A stretch of DNA of 63,672 nucleotides, filler included, from Collodictyon triciliatum (GCA_043381765.1; 5 parts of 5 records of this genome joined end to end with filler, not necessarily neighbours in it); one strand, 5' to 3'. Positions 1 to 13,152 are shown, counted from the first letter of the whole stretch. Program-made: numbers and translations. Notes: generated by a model not told the origin, from the sequence alone.

Positions 1-413
1 GGCGTTAAAAGTCCGGAAGTTGGGGCTTTCCTTTTTTTTTTTTTTTTTTTGTCATTTTTTTCACACCTTTTTTTGGTTTCTTTTCAACAGTTTATCGAGA
101 GAAAACAAAGCCGAGGAAACCGCCTTCGCCTCTAGGACAAAAAATGAGCTGTGGACGAGACAGTGGAAAACCCGGATTGTGTGGTTGGAGGTTTTGTGTT
201 TTGGGTGGAAAGAAAGAAAAGGAAAGAGAAAAAGAAAATAGATAGGAGAAAGTGTTCTTACACGGAGACTATTCTACCCGAAGTGAATGAGCTCCAACGT
301 GATTTCTAGTTGTATTCGAGACTGACAGAAGAGCGGATAAAGTTGTCGGGTCGATGAAAGTACGCACATGGCAGTTACTTCTCAAATCGATTCCGACTAG
401 TCCTTTCAACCGT

Positions 414-1826
414 CTATCTCAGACAAGGTTTACATCCCATTTCATTCCACAGGATGAGTCTTTTGAGGGGACAACGGGTCATTTTCCTTGCGTTTCTTGC
501 TGGGCGACTTAGACAAAAAGCGATATATCGTTGTTGGTCTGGAATTATCGGAAGTGGCGCTTGACCGTCCCCTGGTTTCGGAACCATGCGCAGTCGGCAG
601 TGGACTTTGCTTAACCGGAGTTGGATATGCGTTCGTGGTTTTAGAAACATACGCTCCTGCTTGCTCGGACTGTCTTGGGTGTGTGGAGTTTCAAGCTCGG
701 ATTCGACTTGTGCTGTTTGCTCTTGCTCTTTGGTTCTCGGTGCGACGGGCTGGGGCAGGATAAACGGACTATCTTTGGTGGGCGCTGGTTCTTGTGTTGC
801 CTTCGCTTTGGAGTATCCTTTCGGACAAGTAACATAGACTGTCTTGATGCCTCCTATGTTAACCATATTCACGCCAGTCTGAATTGGTAGTTTAAGGGGG
901 ATTTCTTTCGGGGTTTGGAGATGCGCTGCTCTTGGGTCTTGCGATGTGCGAGCTTGCCCGGTGTTGGCGGTGAAGAAGGGCTCGAGTGCGAGGATTCTGA
1001 AGAGGAACCGAGATTTCCTTCCATGTCATCGTCGATGTCGCTGTATGCGCGTGTCTGCTGTGAGTCTTGCGGGCTCAGTTGTTGCCTGGCCTTGGCTTCC
1101 TTGACCCCGTTGCTGCTTGTCTGCTTGGCAGGTTGTAATCTTTTGCGGGGCTTTTACTTGTCGTTCGTTGTTCGCGGCTGGCGGACGCTTTTTGAGGATG
1201 CGCTTTGGACACTTTTTGCCCATGACCGTAAACTTTGCAGGGAGATGGTTCTTGTGACAAAGAAGCTTCACTACGGCCGTGTCTGTGAAGAAGCCTTTGT
1301 CCTTTTTGATATCCACGTGTGTCGGTCTGAACGGCTTCAGCCTCTCACGAAGGAGTTGCGGCCACACGTCCAGTGGTAGTTGGCAGAGCATCACCGAAGT
1401 CTCTGTTGGTTTACTTCTGCTGAAGCTAATCGTAATATCGCTCAAACTTACCTGCTTCAGCTCCAGAAGTTTTCGGGCGTTTTCTGCAGTGCGGAAGGCG
1501 ATCAGGCAAACGCCTTCGCTGTCCGGTAAGCGCAATTGGATGGACTCTTCCCAAAGTTTGTTCGCTTTCAAGAAGGAGGCGAGCACATCTGTGAACCTTT
1601 GGGCCTTGTTCTTGTTATAGACGACTTGCTCGACCCCAAGAAAGAATACTGTCCGCTCAGACAGACTTACGAGCAACCCGGCGTTTTTCTGCGCCAGCGT
1701 TGGAGCCAGAAGAACTGGCTGCAACTTGCGGAACATGACGGGTCGCGGCTTGCGTCGATCTCCCTGTCTCGGCTCGTGTTTTCCATCGGGCGCGGACTTT
1801 TTTTTTTTTTTCGATCCTAAAAGCAT
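414..1826 (-). mobile_element. Degenerate non-LTR retrotransposon ORF1-like (RRM/gag-like) relic; no ORF2 seen
   Basis: Intronless, relatively GC-rich ORFs 1026-1826 and 414-872. Motifs CLIAFRTAENARKLL and VMLCQLPLDVWPQLLRERL resemble the RRM-like region of L1/Tx1-type ORF1 proteins, followed by basic and Ser/Pro-rich tails broken by frameshifts. Family call is by motif resemblance only. Confidence 0.4.
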
Positions 1827-2541
1827 CCAGAAGCGAATGTTGCACTTGACTCTTTCTATCTGGATTTAAATCACATTGTTCTCTTTTGGCAGCCATTGCG
1901 AATATTTGGATGTCGCTCCATCGAAGCGCGGTGTGTTCATCGGCCTTGCTGGTGTGGGGTAAGGGAACATCTTGTCAGACCGCATCCCCGTGCCATTGTG
2001 CATCCAAGCGCGCAGCTTGTGGCCGGCCGCGCGTTTTTGTGCAACGTCATGTCCATTTTTGGAATTTATAAATATATGCTTAGTGCGAGCCAAATGACTA
2101 AAGTGTCGTTCATTGTATTTTCAATCTGAGCCAATCCAGTAATAATCTATATTGATAAATTGGTTAACAGGTTTAATGTGCCAGACATAACTGGCAGTGA
2201 TTTAATAAAGGAATTTCTCTGCTGTTTTTATGTCTCGATTGTCCTAATTCCCGCCCCATTGTGCCGAACCACAACCTGCCACACCATGACGCAGCTTTTT
2301 GGCGGCCATGTTTCTTGCAACAAGCCGAGCCACTTCCGCAATGATCATGTGCTAGTGTTACCCGGCGCAAGAAGCTCTGGGTCTTTGCCACTTTGAACAG
2401 AACTCATCAGAAGTCCTGTTGTTCGCCTTTGGTCTCAGTCGTGAAAAAGGAGGAGAGAAGAGAACAGGGAAAACCCGCTCAGTGGCCACAAAATCCAGCA
2501 CTTTACTCACCTTACACACCACCAAGGCCACGTCTTTTCAA

Positions 2542-3658
2542 ATGCTGGGTGTCAAAGAGCGCAACTTCTTCCGCTTCATCTTCACCGAATACTGGGCCTC
2601 GTCCTGGCTTGCTATCCTGGCCTCGGTGATCTTCCTTCCCCAGTACTTTTTTGCTATAGTCGGGCTGTACTACCTCGGTTCAAACCTTTTTGAGTTTGCC
2701 AAGTGGGTCTTCAAGCACAAGTTCCGCAAACCGCTTCCTGATCTCCGCACCAAGTACGGCGGCTGGGCACGTGGGTTTTTTTTCTTGCCCTGGGACGATT
2801 GCTGTCACCCTTGCCTATACAGAAGCTAGCACTTTCTACTTAATATGATCTTTGTCGTGCCTTTCCACTTTTTTTTTTTTTTTTTTTTTTTTTTTTCTTT
2901 TCCTTTTTTCCCTTTCCTTTTTTTTTTTGCTTGCTTGCACTCTCTGACACGTCGTCCAAAGTGGTGACCGGCGCCTCGGAAGGCATTGGGCGTGCCTTGG
3001 CTTTGGAGCTTGCTGCCCGTGGCTTCCCAGTAGTTTTGGTTTCCCGCACGCAGAGCAAGTTGGACGGCGTGGCGAAGGAGATCGAAAAGACTTACCCTGG
3101 CGTCAAGACCCGCGTGGTGACGGCCGACTTTTCGGACCCCAAGCGCAGCTGGATTGAAAAGATCAAGACTGAGACACAAGACCTGGAGATCGGTGTTCTG
3201 GTCAACAATGTCGGTTCGGCAGACTCCATCCCAACAGACTTTTTGGAGGTTCCGGAGGAGTTTATGTTCCAGATGTTTGAGCTCAATGTCTTTGCTGCCA
3301 CACTGATGACCCGTATCTTCATGCCGCAAATGGTGGAGCGGTATGGGACTCCTTTCTAGAAACAGTCGCCGAGCTCTCTTGCATCGTTGTAGATGTAGCA
3401 TTTTTTCCACTCTATGATATCTTTTGCACTCATCAAAGTCTTTCTCTCGAACGTATTAGCAAACGCGGAGCTGTTGTGAATGTTGGCTCGTGCTCGGCCA
3501 GCCACCCCACACCCATGCTTGCCATCTATTCTGCCACCAAGGCCTATCTTCGACAATGGTCAGAGTGTCTCACCCATGAGTATGTCCTAGCATTTTTTTT
3601 TTGCTGTTCCCTTTTCTTTTACATACGATAGAAAAACATGTCTTGTGAAGCATGATGT

Positions 3659-3693
<35 letters not shown>

Positions 3694-4237
3694 GTATTGT
3701 TTTTGTTTCTGAGTGACAATCCCACTCGCTTCTGTTTTTTTCTTTTGGTGGGGATCATTCTGATTTATGTATCTTTAACCTTAACTTGTTTTCTCTGAAA
3801 TAACACAGATACCGCGAAAAGAACGTAGATGTCATCATGGTGTCGCCTTATTATGTCGTATGCTTCTCCCTGCAGATTCGCCACAATCGTTATTGCATAA
3901 TATACCTAATCGAATCTTATCTTATCTCATCGCATCACATCGCATCACATCGCATCACATCGCATCACATCGCATCGCATCACAGGTCTCTAGCCTGAGC
4001 GGCATCAAGAACGCATCGCTCTTAGTCCCGACTGCCGAGACCTTTGCCAGCGCCGCCATGCGCGACCTCGGCTACGGAGAGAGCTACAGCAACCCCTACT
4101 GGTTCCACGCCCTGTTCGAGTGGGCCTCAAAGATCTACTCCCGCACGCCAGAGCGCCTTCACATGATGATGAAAAAGTCCCGCGAGCGCAACATGAGCCG
4201 CCAGAAAGCTGGCGACAAAAGCCGATCCCTTGCTTAG
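2542..4237 (+). CDS. Short-chain dehydrogenase, very-long-chain 3-oxoacyl-CoA reductase/17beta-HSD12-like (5 exons)
   Basis: N-terminal hydrophobic segments, then KYGGWA|LVTGASEGIG (TGxxxGIG), LVNNVG, catalytic YSATK in the exon at ~3460-3579, and PYWFHAL near the C-terminus. GT-AG junctions are phase-compatible. Confidence 0.9.
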
Positions 4238-4268
4238 AGCTAGACCTCATAAACACAACATCAAGCCT

Positions 4269-4520
4269 TTTGATCACGCTTTTGATCACGCTTTTGATCA
4301 CGCTTTTGATCACACTTTTGATCATGCTTTTGATCACACTTTTGATCACGGTCTTGATCACGCTTTTGATCACACTTTTGATCACGCTTTTGTTCACGCT
4401 TTTGTTCACGCTTTTGATCACACTTTTGTTCACGCTTTTGATCACACTTTTGATCACACTTTTGATCACACTTTTGATCACGCTTTTGATCACGGTCTTG
4501 ATCACGCTTTTGATCACACT
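4269..4520. repeat. 12-bp minisatellite, 21 copies of TTTGATCACRCT
   Basis: Directly visible tandem array (reads FDHA/FDHT in one frame) between the SDR stop and the next ATG at 4542. Confidence 0.97.
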
Positions 4521-4541
4521 TTGACACAGGACACAGCCTCC

Positions 4542-5170
4542 ATGGACAACATCCGATCGCACTTCCCCACACGACATCGAACTGTGTCACCATCCTCTCC
4601 CTCAAGCAGCCTTTTTTCCGCACCACCATCCTCTTTCGCAAACAGCCCCACACATTCCTCTCCGCCCGTGCAGAATCGAGTGGGAAGAGTGAGTCCGTCG
4701 CAAGGCTCGCTCGCGCTCTCTTTTCATCACACGCCCACGCACTCTGTCTCAACTGGACAGGCTTTTGTGCCGCCCAATCAGTCGACACGGACACAGCTGC
4801 TCGGCTCGGCATTGCAGACTTCCCTCCCTGCTGTTGCTGTTGCTGCTGCGACAAAACCAGTCACAACGCTACGGGAGGCCATCGGGCGAAACGATCTTTG
4901 GCGAGTCTGTGAGTTGGTCAATGGCGGAGAAGATGTCAACGAGCGAGACAGAGTCGGTGGCTGGACTGCGATGCATTGGGGCTGCTTCGTTGGAAATAGC
5001 GATATTGTTCGGTATCTTCACTCAAAAGATGCTTCTGCACATGTCCTCGATGCCATGGGAGAGACTCCGCTCCATCTGGCAGCACGAGAAGGACATAAGG
5101 TTTCTTTACACTTTTATGATTATTTATCTCTTTGGATATGTTTGCTTGAACGCATATGTATGTATGTATG

Positions 5171-5204
<34 letters not shown>

Positions 5205-8200
5205 TGTATGTATGTATGTATGTATGTATGTATGTATGTATGTATGTATGTATGTATTTCTGCCTTTATTAATATAGCTGTGAACAGGATATTGTCTTGT
5301 TTTTGGTAGCAGAGACAAGTGCCCGCACCGATGTTGTTAGTTCTGATGGATATACACCATACGATGTAGCCAAAAAGAAAGAAATTAAATTGATTCTTCA
5401 AGGTATAATCAACTCTACATTTCCCAAATTATAATTCACTATCAAAATAATTGGTGACCATATCGCCTTGAGAACACATATTTATGAAAAGAATTATGGA
5501 AAAAGATTCATTATTCTTTCTACATCATCAAAATTATTCGGAACTATGAATCTGATTCGATTTCTATGATACGCTATTATTATTGTTAGTTTTATTATTG
5601 AACCCATCCTCTTTATATAAAGCTTCAGAGCTGGGGGCCGACCCACTCTTACTTAAAGCTTTGGGAACAGGAAGTTTGCGCGTTGGCAAAACACATATTG
5701 AAGCCGCCCAAGAAGGAACAGGCTCGACTATTTTGCTCAGGTTCATTTTTTTTATTCATGGTGACGACATGCCTTCCTATCTGATACATACGCAGGTTCT
5801 TGAAAGTCATCCATTTATTTGGTTTATTTTGCTGAAAAATCTTATCATGATTTCACCAAACGATGCTCAAAAGATGTTCGGAGATTGGCTCCTTTGATTT
5901 GGTTGTTCAACTTGTGAATCTTGGTGCAGATTTCAATCGCAAGGATTTTAATGGGAAAACACCGCTCATATTGGCATCCAAGAATGGTCATGAGATGGTA
6001 TCATTTTTACACACCCCAAGAATCGTCAATTCTGGTGTTGAATATTTGGATTAAAATACAGTTTTATGCCCAAGTCCTCTTTATCTTTTTTTTTAAAAAT
6101 AATCATGTCTCAAATATTTATGAAATTATTATCATGGAAGCAAAGACGGAACTCTTGATTTTTTTTTTAATCAAAACAACAACACCAACACCAACACCAA
6201 CACCACCAACAACAACAAAAAAAAAAAAAACGTATAAAAATCAACCGAAGATAATGCCTTGGAGGATTCACCAGTATCTATTTTGCATGAATATAGGTTG
6301 TGGAGTGGTTGCTTAAGCATGGGGCAGACCCGAAACTGGTCGATAACTTTGGGTTATCTGCCTTCCACCACGCAGTAAATAATGGCCACCTCAACATCTC
6401 CAAAATACTCGCATTTGTTTACCCAGATGCTATTCACAGCAGGTAAATGATGAGGAATGTCCCTGCTTCCTCTATGGCCGTGTATAACCACATCATGATT
6501 CCATCGAAAAATTACTTTAAAGTTAATTTAAGTCTTTCAGGGATGGACTAAATCGAACGCCGCTGCACTATGCTGCCTACAATGGCTACAAGGATGTAGG
6601 TGTCTTTCTACTAGAGTCTGGAGCCGAACCGAATGTCCAGGTAGGCGCAGTCCTCACAAACCGGTCCAGCACGGCCACGCTTTTTTTCTTCTTCTTTGGG
6701 ATGTATTAACATATACAAATACATTTATTGGGTCTCTAATGTTTCTTAATAAATGAAGGATGACGAGGAACGAAGTCCACTTTTTTGTGCCGCTTCAAAC
6801 GGAAGAAATATTCTTGTTCGGCTCCTGATGGACTATGATGCAAACATTGACGAAGTTGACTTTATGGTTTGGTCTAGATATTACATATCGTTTGCAACTC
6901 TTTATTTGTTGTATATAATTTATGACTTTTGATATTTCGCATGACTACGAGAATCCAAAAACTGGTTCTCTTATTTGAATTCGTTTTAGTGTGTGCGTAT
7001 GTAAAAATTAAACAAAATTTAAACAAAGTAAGTTGAAATAAAATGCAATTTAGGGACGGAATGCACTTATTCAATGCGCTTACAACGGACATTATTTATG
7101 TACAAGATGTCTGCTCGAGGCCGGCGCTTATGTCAATGCTGCTGATCAAAGAGGTAGCAAACCTAAACAAGACAATCTCACCGTTTGACCGTTGTGTATA
7201 TATCTCATAAATACATATTTTTTTCGTCTTCTTTTTTCGTACCAGGTGTATAGGCTATGTTTGACCCATTGAAATTTAACGCTGCCGTTCAAACTTTGTT
7301 GCAGTGTCAGTTATTGTGCATTCCTTCCTTTATTAATAGGGAATGATAATTATAGTTATGAGGATTTCAATTTATTAAATAGGGATGACTGCCATGCATC
7401 ACACTGCAACTTTTGGACATACAGAAATACTGTCGTTATTGCTTGACTTTGGGGCCTCTCTTGAGATTAAAGTTTTTGATAGTTGTTATTGAGGATGTGT
7501 TTGACATATGATATATTCAATTCAAACTCGAATAATAATTCTTGATGTAAATCGATTTCGGCCACTGGTCTATGTCTTTCTCAGGACGCAGTGGGCTACA
7601 CACCGCTTCACTATGCGATGGCAAATGAAAGAAAGGAAACTGTCATGGTGTGAACGTGATCTGCATTAATCATATTTTTCCCCATATCGTCGGCTGTGTC
7701 GACATTATTGGTTGCATGACAAACTCTTCTATTCATATGAAGACCTGATGACCAGGTCCTGGTTAAATCTGGCGCAGACATTGAGGCTGTGAGTCATGAT
7801 GGTCTGAGTCCTGCTGATTGTACAAGAAATCGAGGAATAATAAAGCTCCTATTGAGTAAGCTTCTAGAAAGATTTATATCCACGATATTTTCCTTTTGTT
7901 GGTCTATTTACTCCCAAAATGTAAAGACTTCTTTGCACTAAATTTTTGAATTGAAATTTCATCTAAAGCTCAGTTTTATTATTATTATTATTATTAATGT
8001 TCAGATCAATATCAGATGTTTCTTTTCTATTATATGATTAAAAAATAATAATTTAAAAAGAAGCCAAAAACAAGATACAAGTAAACAAAACGAAAGTGAG
8101 ACCAAGTATTAATAGTCTAATATATCAATAGGCAATTTCGATCACAAACTTGTATCACCAAATGAAGGTTTCTTCTTTACGTGTGCCACCTTGTCAAACA

Positions 8201-10233
8201 TACGGGATAGAAAGTATATGTGTTTACAAATCAACGTCCGATTTTTTTTTTTTATTATTATTGCAGATGAAACGAGGTCAAGAAACTCAAACAGTTGTCC
8301 GACGAACATATCCCAATTCATTTCCGATGAAATTTTCGACGCAGAGAGGAATGACAATCTCGAAATGAAAGTGCCCTTGTTACAGTATGGGAGTGCTTCT
8401 GTGCTCGGGGGCCTTCCTATCCAGTCACCTCATTCTTCCTTATCTCGGACACCCACATCGTGAGATGATTCTAAGTTTTATTTTTCCTTCTCACCCCTCT
8501 ACTCTACTTATGGTTGTATTATTATAAAAGACATCACCTTACGCCTGTATCTTTACGCTTTGTAGCTTACTAATGCTTACCATATTCATGTGGTTTCAAG
8601 AAATTTAGCCAGTACTCAACGAAGAAGAAAAGGTCGTTCTAAAGTTTTTTTCAAAATAATTGTAATGGGAGAGACCGGGTATGTCTATTTTGGCTAGCTT
8701 TGATGAGTCCATACATTCCATGACAATCAATAACTCGATCAATGATTCAAATTATATGTGTAATTTAGTAAATTATAAGATGCAATATCTAACGTGGCAT
8801 AATATTCATCAGAGTCGGGAAGTCCTCGCTTATAAGCCAGTATCCAATTCCAATTTAGACCTAATGCATACCAAATTTAAGCCAGTTATATTCTCTTTCA
8901 TTTTCAAGGATGTCCCCATTTTTCTTGATAATTGGAGATACATTTTTAAGCAAGTTGGAATCCCAATTCACAGCTACATGAGTAAGCAAGCTTTCGTCCA
9001 AGACAATGTCCTATGTTTGCAGGTGATTATTCATTGACCTAGTAGGAGCAGTTGGTTTGTTCTTAAAAGAAGGAAAGAGAGGGACAAAATAAAGCCGCTG
9101 GCCTGAACCTGATTTTATCAACATGTTTTCGATCACCCATTTCCACAAGCTCTTATAAAGTCATAATTTAAAATAGGTTTGGGAGGGTCCAGCAAATCCA
9201 AAAGATCAAAAGAGCATGTTTGCATCGCTTGCCTCTGGGGCTGACTGTTGTATTCTTGTCTTTGACATAACAAATCCGTCATCCTTTGAAAATTTGGACC
9301 AGTAAGTCACTCATCACAAAGCCGTCTCCTTTTTGCGTTTTGATTCAGATGAATTCAATCAAATTGCGCGTGGGTAATCTGAATCATTCCAAAATACCGG
9401 TGCGCAAATGTAGCTGGAGAGATGGTATACTTGCCAGAAGCAAGTCAGTACTACCTTTTATTCTTGTTGGAAACAAAGCAGATTTAATATCAAAAAATCC
9501 TTCCAATACCAAGGTTCTAATTACTGTCATCTCCCTTTTATTTTCCATGATTTTTTCACTTTATCACCTGATTCCCTAATATGAATGCAAATAATATTCT
9601 TTCTAATTTACATGAATATTTGAGCATAATCAAACCAATCCTGGACCAATTTTTTTGCCAAGAAAGCCAACGAATGAAATAAATGAACTAACCATTCAAG
9701 AAATCATCACAAGATGAATCAGCACGTCATTGAATCCTGGTGCCGTCTTAGGGGAAGAATACCTTATTTTCCGCTGTGGTAGAAAGCAGTTCGATTTAAA
9801 GAAAGCACTTCCAACTCTTTCTATTTTTTTGTTTTGTTTTGTTTTGTCTGCTCAGATGCATCAATAAAGGGAGATTCGTAAAATCCAACACCATTGATTT
9901 CATGTTAAATAATTAGTTCTCTGGAAAACAAGGAAGTTGATACACTATTTAATGCTGCTGCTCTATGCGCGTATCAAAGTCATGAACGTTTATTGTAATT
10001 CCTTATTGAAAATTTTTATCACAATCGCCCTTACCTCTCTATACTATCTCATAGTTTATACAACCTGAATTTCGGTCGTCAAAACCCCCTTCTTTTCTTT
10101 TTTTTTTTCTTAAGCAAACTGAAATTCTTTACGATCCTTTACTATAAAAAACAGGTCGCGGCACACGTTGCATCGCATCGCAAGTACACCAACTTTGCAT
10201 GTTCCACAAAAAGAGGGTAACTCATGCATCTAA
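4542..10233 (+). CDS. Multi-exon ankyrin-repeat protein with C-terminal Rab7-like small GTPase domain (degenerate G3/G5)
   Basis: Ankyrin motifs GWTAMHWGC, GETPLHLAA, GKTPLILAS, RTPLHYAA, GMTAMHHTA, GYTPLHYA. Phase-consistent exons then lead to KIIVMGETG|VGKSS, GADCCILVFDITNPSSFENL, PFILVGNKADL and WCRLRGRIPYF; ends EGNSCI*. Confidence 0.8.
5156..5256. repeat. (GTAT)n intronic microsatellite
   Basis: Direct tetranucleotide array in intron 1 of the ankyrin gene. Confidence 0.95.
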
Positions 10234-11758
10234 ACGCCTCATTTTTACATTATATACTTTTCTTTTTATCGTTGCGTATTTCTCTCAGCTCTTTTCTCTC
10301 ATCGTTTGAATGCACCCAGTAAAATCAATAAATCCACGGGTATATCCTTTCTCTTCCTGCTTAAGTCTTTGAGTTTTCACTCTTATGCTCGCAAAATCTG
10401 GCTTTGCAACTTCTTTCATTCCCTCCATTATCCCACTTTCAAGTGGGTCTGTTTTATACCAAGTCGGAAAAAATTATACCTGTTTCGCAACTCATCAAAG
10501 TTCATTACATACATAGCTTTGCAACACAAGCGCGCACGTCACAGACATTCGCCAAGCTCGAACGTAGCTTATTGTACAATCATATGACCATGTCTCATTC
10601 ATCGCTGCTGCTTCTCCTGAATTACATATAGGCAACATAAGACAAAATGTCTGCGTCCATCGGCATCAACCATCTTTACAAGGACTTCTTAAAAGGAAAC
10701 TTGCTGGTTGTTGTGGTCGTTTGATTCCATCATATGGACTTCTGTAGAGACATAAACCTATTTTTTTCAAGACAGCTTCCCTCTCGTTGTGAAACGAAAA
10801 AAAAAAAAAAAAAACAGTCGGGAGTAGACTTAGGTGTTTAGCCTATACACAAATGTTAGTGCTCGAGGCGATGATATATCAGCAGCATTTATTGTAGCTT
10901 ATATAAATCTTGGGGTGCACCAGGGAAACATATTTTATTTATTTTAAAACTTCCCGTTGGAGCTGTTTTTTTATATACTTTCATATTGAGTAGTTTAATT
11001 TGTATCTTAGTGTATGTATGTATGCATTTTTTTATCATGGTTATTTCCGTGGCGTGTCCATTTATTTTGGTGTCTTGCTGTAACATAGTTTTTGTTTAAT
11101 CTACCCTGGGTTATTTACCGTTTCATCAAACCACATTGCAATAGAAATGCTTGATATAATACTCGTGATGCAAGACAGAAACTTATGCAAAAGCGTTATG
11201 ACATAATCAGCAAGTTCCTCGCTTCATGTCGCCCTCACAGAAAAGCAGCTGTGAAGATAGAATATACCCTTTTAGTTTTTGACATCGATATTCGCGCTCA
11301 TCATAGTGTGTTTTCATTGCTCGTTTTCGATTCATCGTAAATAAATGGTTTTTTTAATTATGTAATCTCTCAAGTCACGTCCAGTCTTCCTTTATTTTGA
11401 TACACAAATAATTGTTATTTGTATTCACATAGTTTTCGCAACGATTCATCACATCTATCATAAGGCAGCAAAGCAGCTGTGACATTACAGTGTTTCGTTG
11501 TCTGGGCCGATGAAAAGCGCAGATGAAAAAGGGGTTGTTCAAGAGCCATGCTCATATTTGCATTAACACTAAAAAATTTGAAGGTGTTTTCACACAGATA
11601 GGTGAAGATAGGTACTATACAAAGCATACAAACACATCAAATACACAGATAAGTAATATGTAGGTGGTTATATGCATTAAAAAATTGTATGTTCGCGATA
11701 GTGTCAACACAAGCAGCGAATGGGGAAAAAAACAAAACTCCTGTCCTCACAAAGGTCT

Positions 11759-13152
11759 TTATAGTTTGGGTGTTGGGCGACTAGAGAAGAAGTTGAGAAT
11801 AGCTTCCATGAATTCGTCTGATTGCCAGCGGTTTACTAGAAGAGCAACTTCGCGCCGATTGGTTTGAAGTAGTAAGTCTTTTTGGGACTGACGGATCAGC
11901 TGCTTGCAATCACGAAGCGCTTGCTTTGGCAAGGCAGCAAGTTTTTTTGCAAGCATAAATACCTTAAATGCGGAGCATATAAAAAGGAGCATTTTTTTAA
12001 AAGAAAGTATCAATTTATTATTGTCTTCATTAAGTTTGGATTGATTGAAGTATCGTGAGGTAGGAACTTGGATTGAATGTGGTTTTTTTTTTCAGAACAC
12101 GACAAGTGAATCATGAAATATATTAATTTGTAATGGAAATTATTTTGACCTCGTTCTGAAAATCGTCTCCAGACAGAACAGATGTAACGAGGTTGCATCT
12201 TTCGGCTTGGTCAGCAGTGATAGTCTGGTCGGCCATCAACATCAGATTAGCCTTTCTTCCCATGAGTTGTGGGAACAAGAGAGAGGAGCAACCCTCGGGC
12301 GCCTGTGCCAATCTCATAAAAGGCGTGGAAAATGTTGCCCTGCAAATACAATTGAATGATCACTTATACTACGCATTCGAAACGTGGCACACCCTGGTAA
12401 AATGGATGCTATGTCATTATGGAAATAAGACTGTTTTGGAATACGAATAGTCCAAATATTCAAATACATTATCTGATAAAGATATAGCATCATCGGCTTT
12501 TCCTTTTCCTCTCTTTTCTCATTTTTATGCAAGGCAATCTCTCACTTTGGATGCGCATAAACAAAGTCGCAGAGACCAAGAGTCGTGGTAGCGACACCGA
12601 TGGACGGTCCGTTTACAGCTGCAATCAGCGGTTTATCAAAGAGAATGAAGGCATCGATGAACCGAGTCAACATGACCTTGGACTGCTCCAGCTTTGCCTG
12701 AGGGTCTTCAACCTGCGTAAATCCTGATAAATCGTTTCCACTGCTGTAGTAATCCCCAGTTCCGGTGAGCATCTGAGAACGATGAACCATCAGCATCAAA
12801 TGGCGTGCGAAAAAAAATAATATACAAACGTTCTCAAACAAGTCGTTCATCAAAGGATGGGAATATATAAAAACATGTGATGAGGATTATACACAATAAT
12901 ATAAAACAAACAGAGAGCAAATTTGAATCGAATAAAGGAAAGAAAAAGAAAACAAACAAACAAACAGAACGATAAAGCAGAATTAAGCATTACTGCAACG
13001 TGAACATCGTCATCGACCGAGGCTAGGCGAAGGGCGTTTATGATTTCCTCGTACGTTACTTCGGCAAACGCGTTCTTTCTCTTTGGGCGATTGAACTGGA
13101 TCACAGCCACTTTGTCCTTTACTTCGTAGATGAGCGTTTCAAACTTGGCCAT
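11759..13152 (-). CDS. Delta3,Delta2-enoyl-CoA isomerase (crotonase family, ECI2/PECI-like, no ACBP domain)
   Basis: IQFNRPKRKNAF, LTGTGDYYSSGNDL, KPLIAAVNGPSIGVATTTLGLCD, LAQAPEGCSSLLFPQLMG; C-terminal ...PKL is PTS1-like. Confidence 0.9.

Noticed and set aside
300-365. CTGACAGA...GAAA as a hammerhead ribozyme near the LINE-like relic
   Set aside because: The core does not match CUGANGA and I could not build the three flanking stems.
4269-4520. 12-bp array as a CRISPR-like array
   Set aside because: Units are directly tandem with no unique spacers, are too short, and no cas genes are present.
10300-11650. Short ORFs between the ankyrin-Rab and ECI genes
   Set aside because: No recognisable motifs or consistent exon chain; treated as intergenic/UTR.
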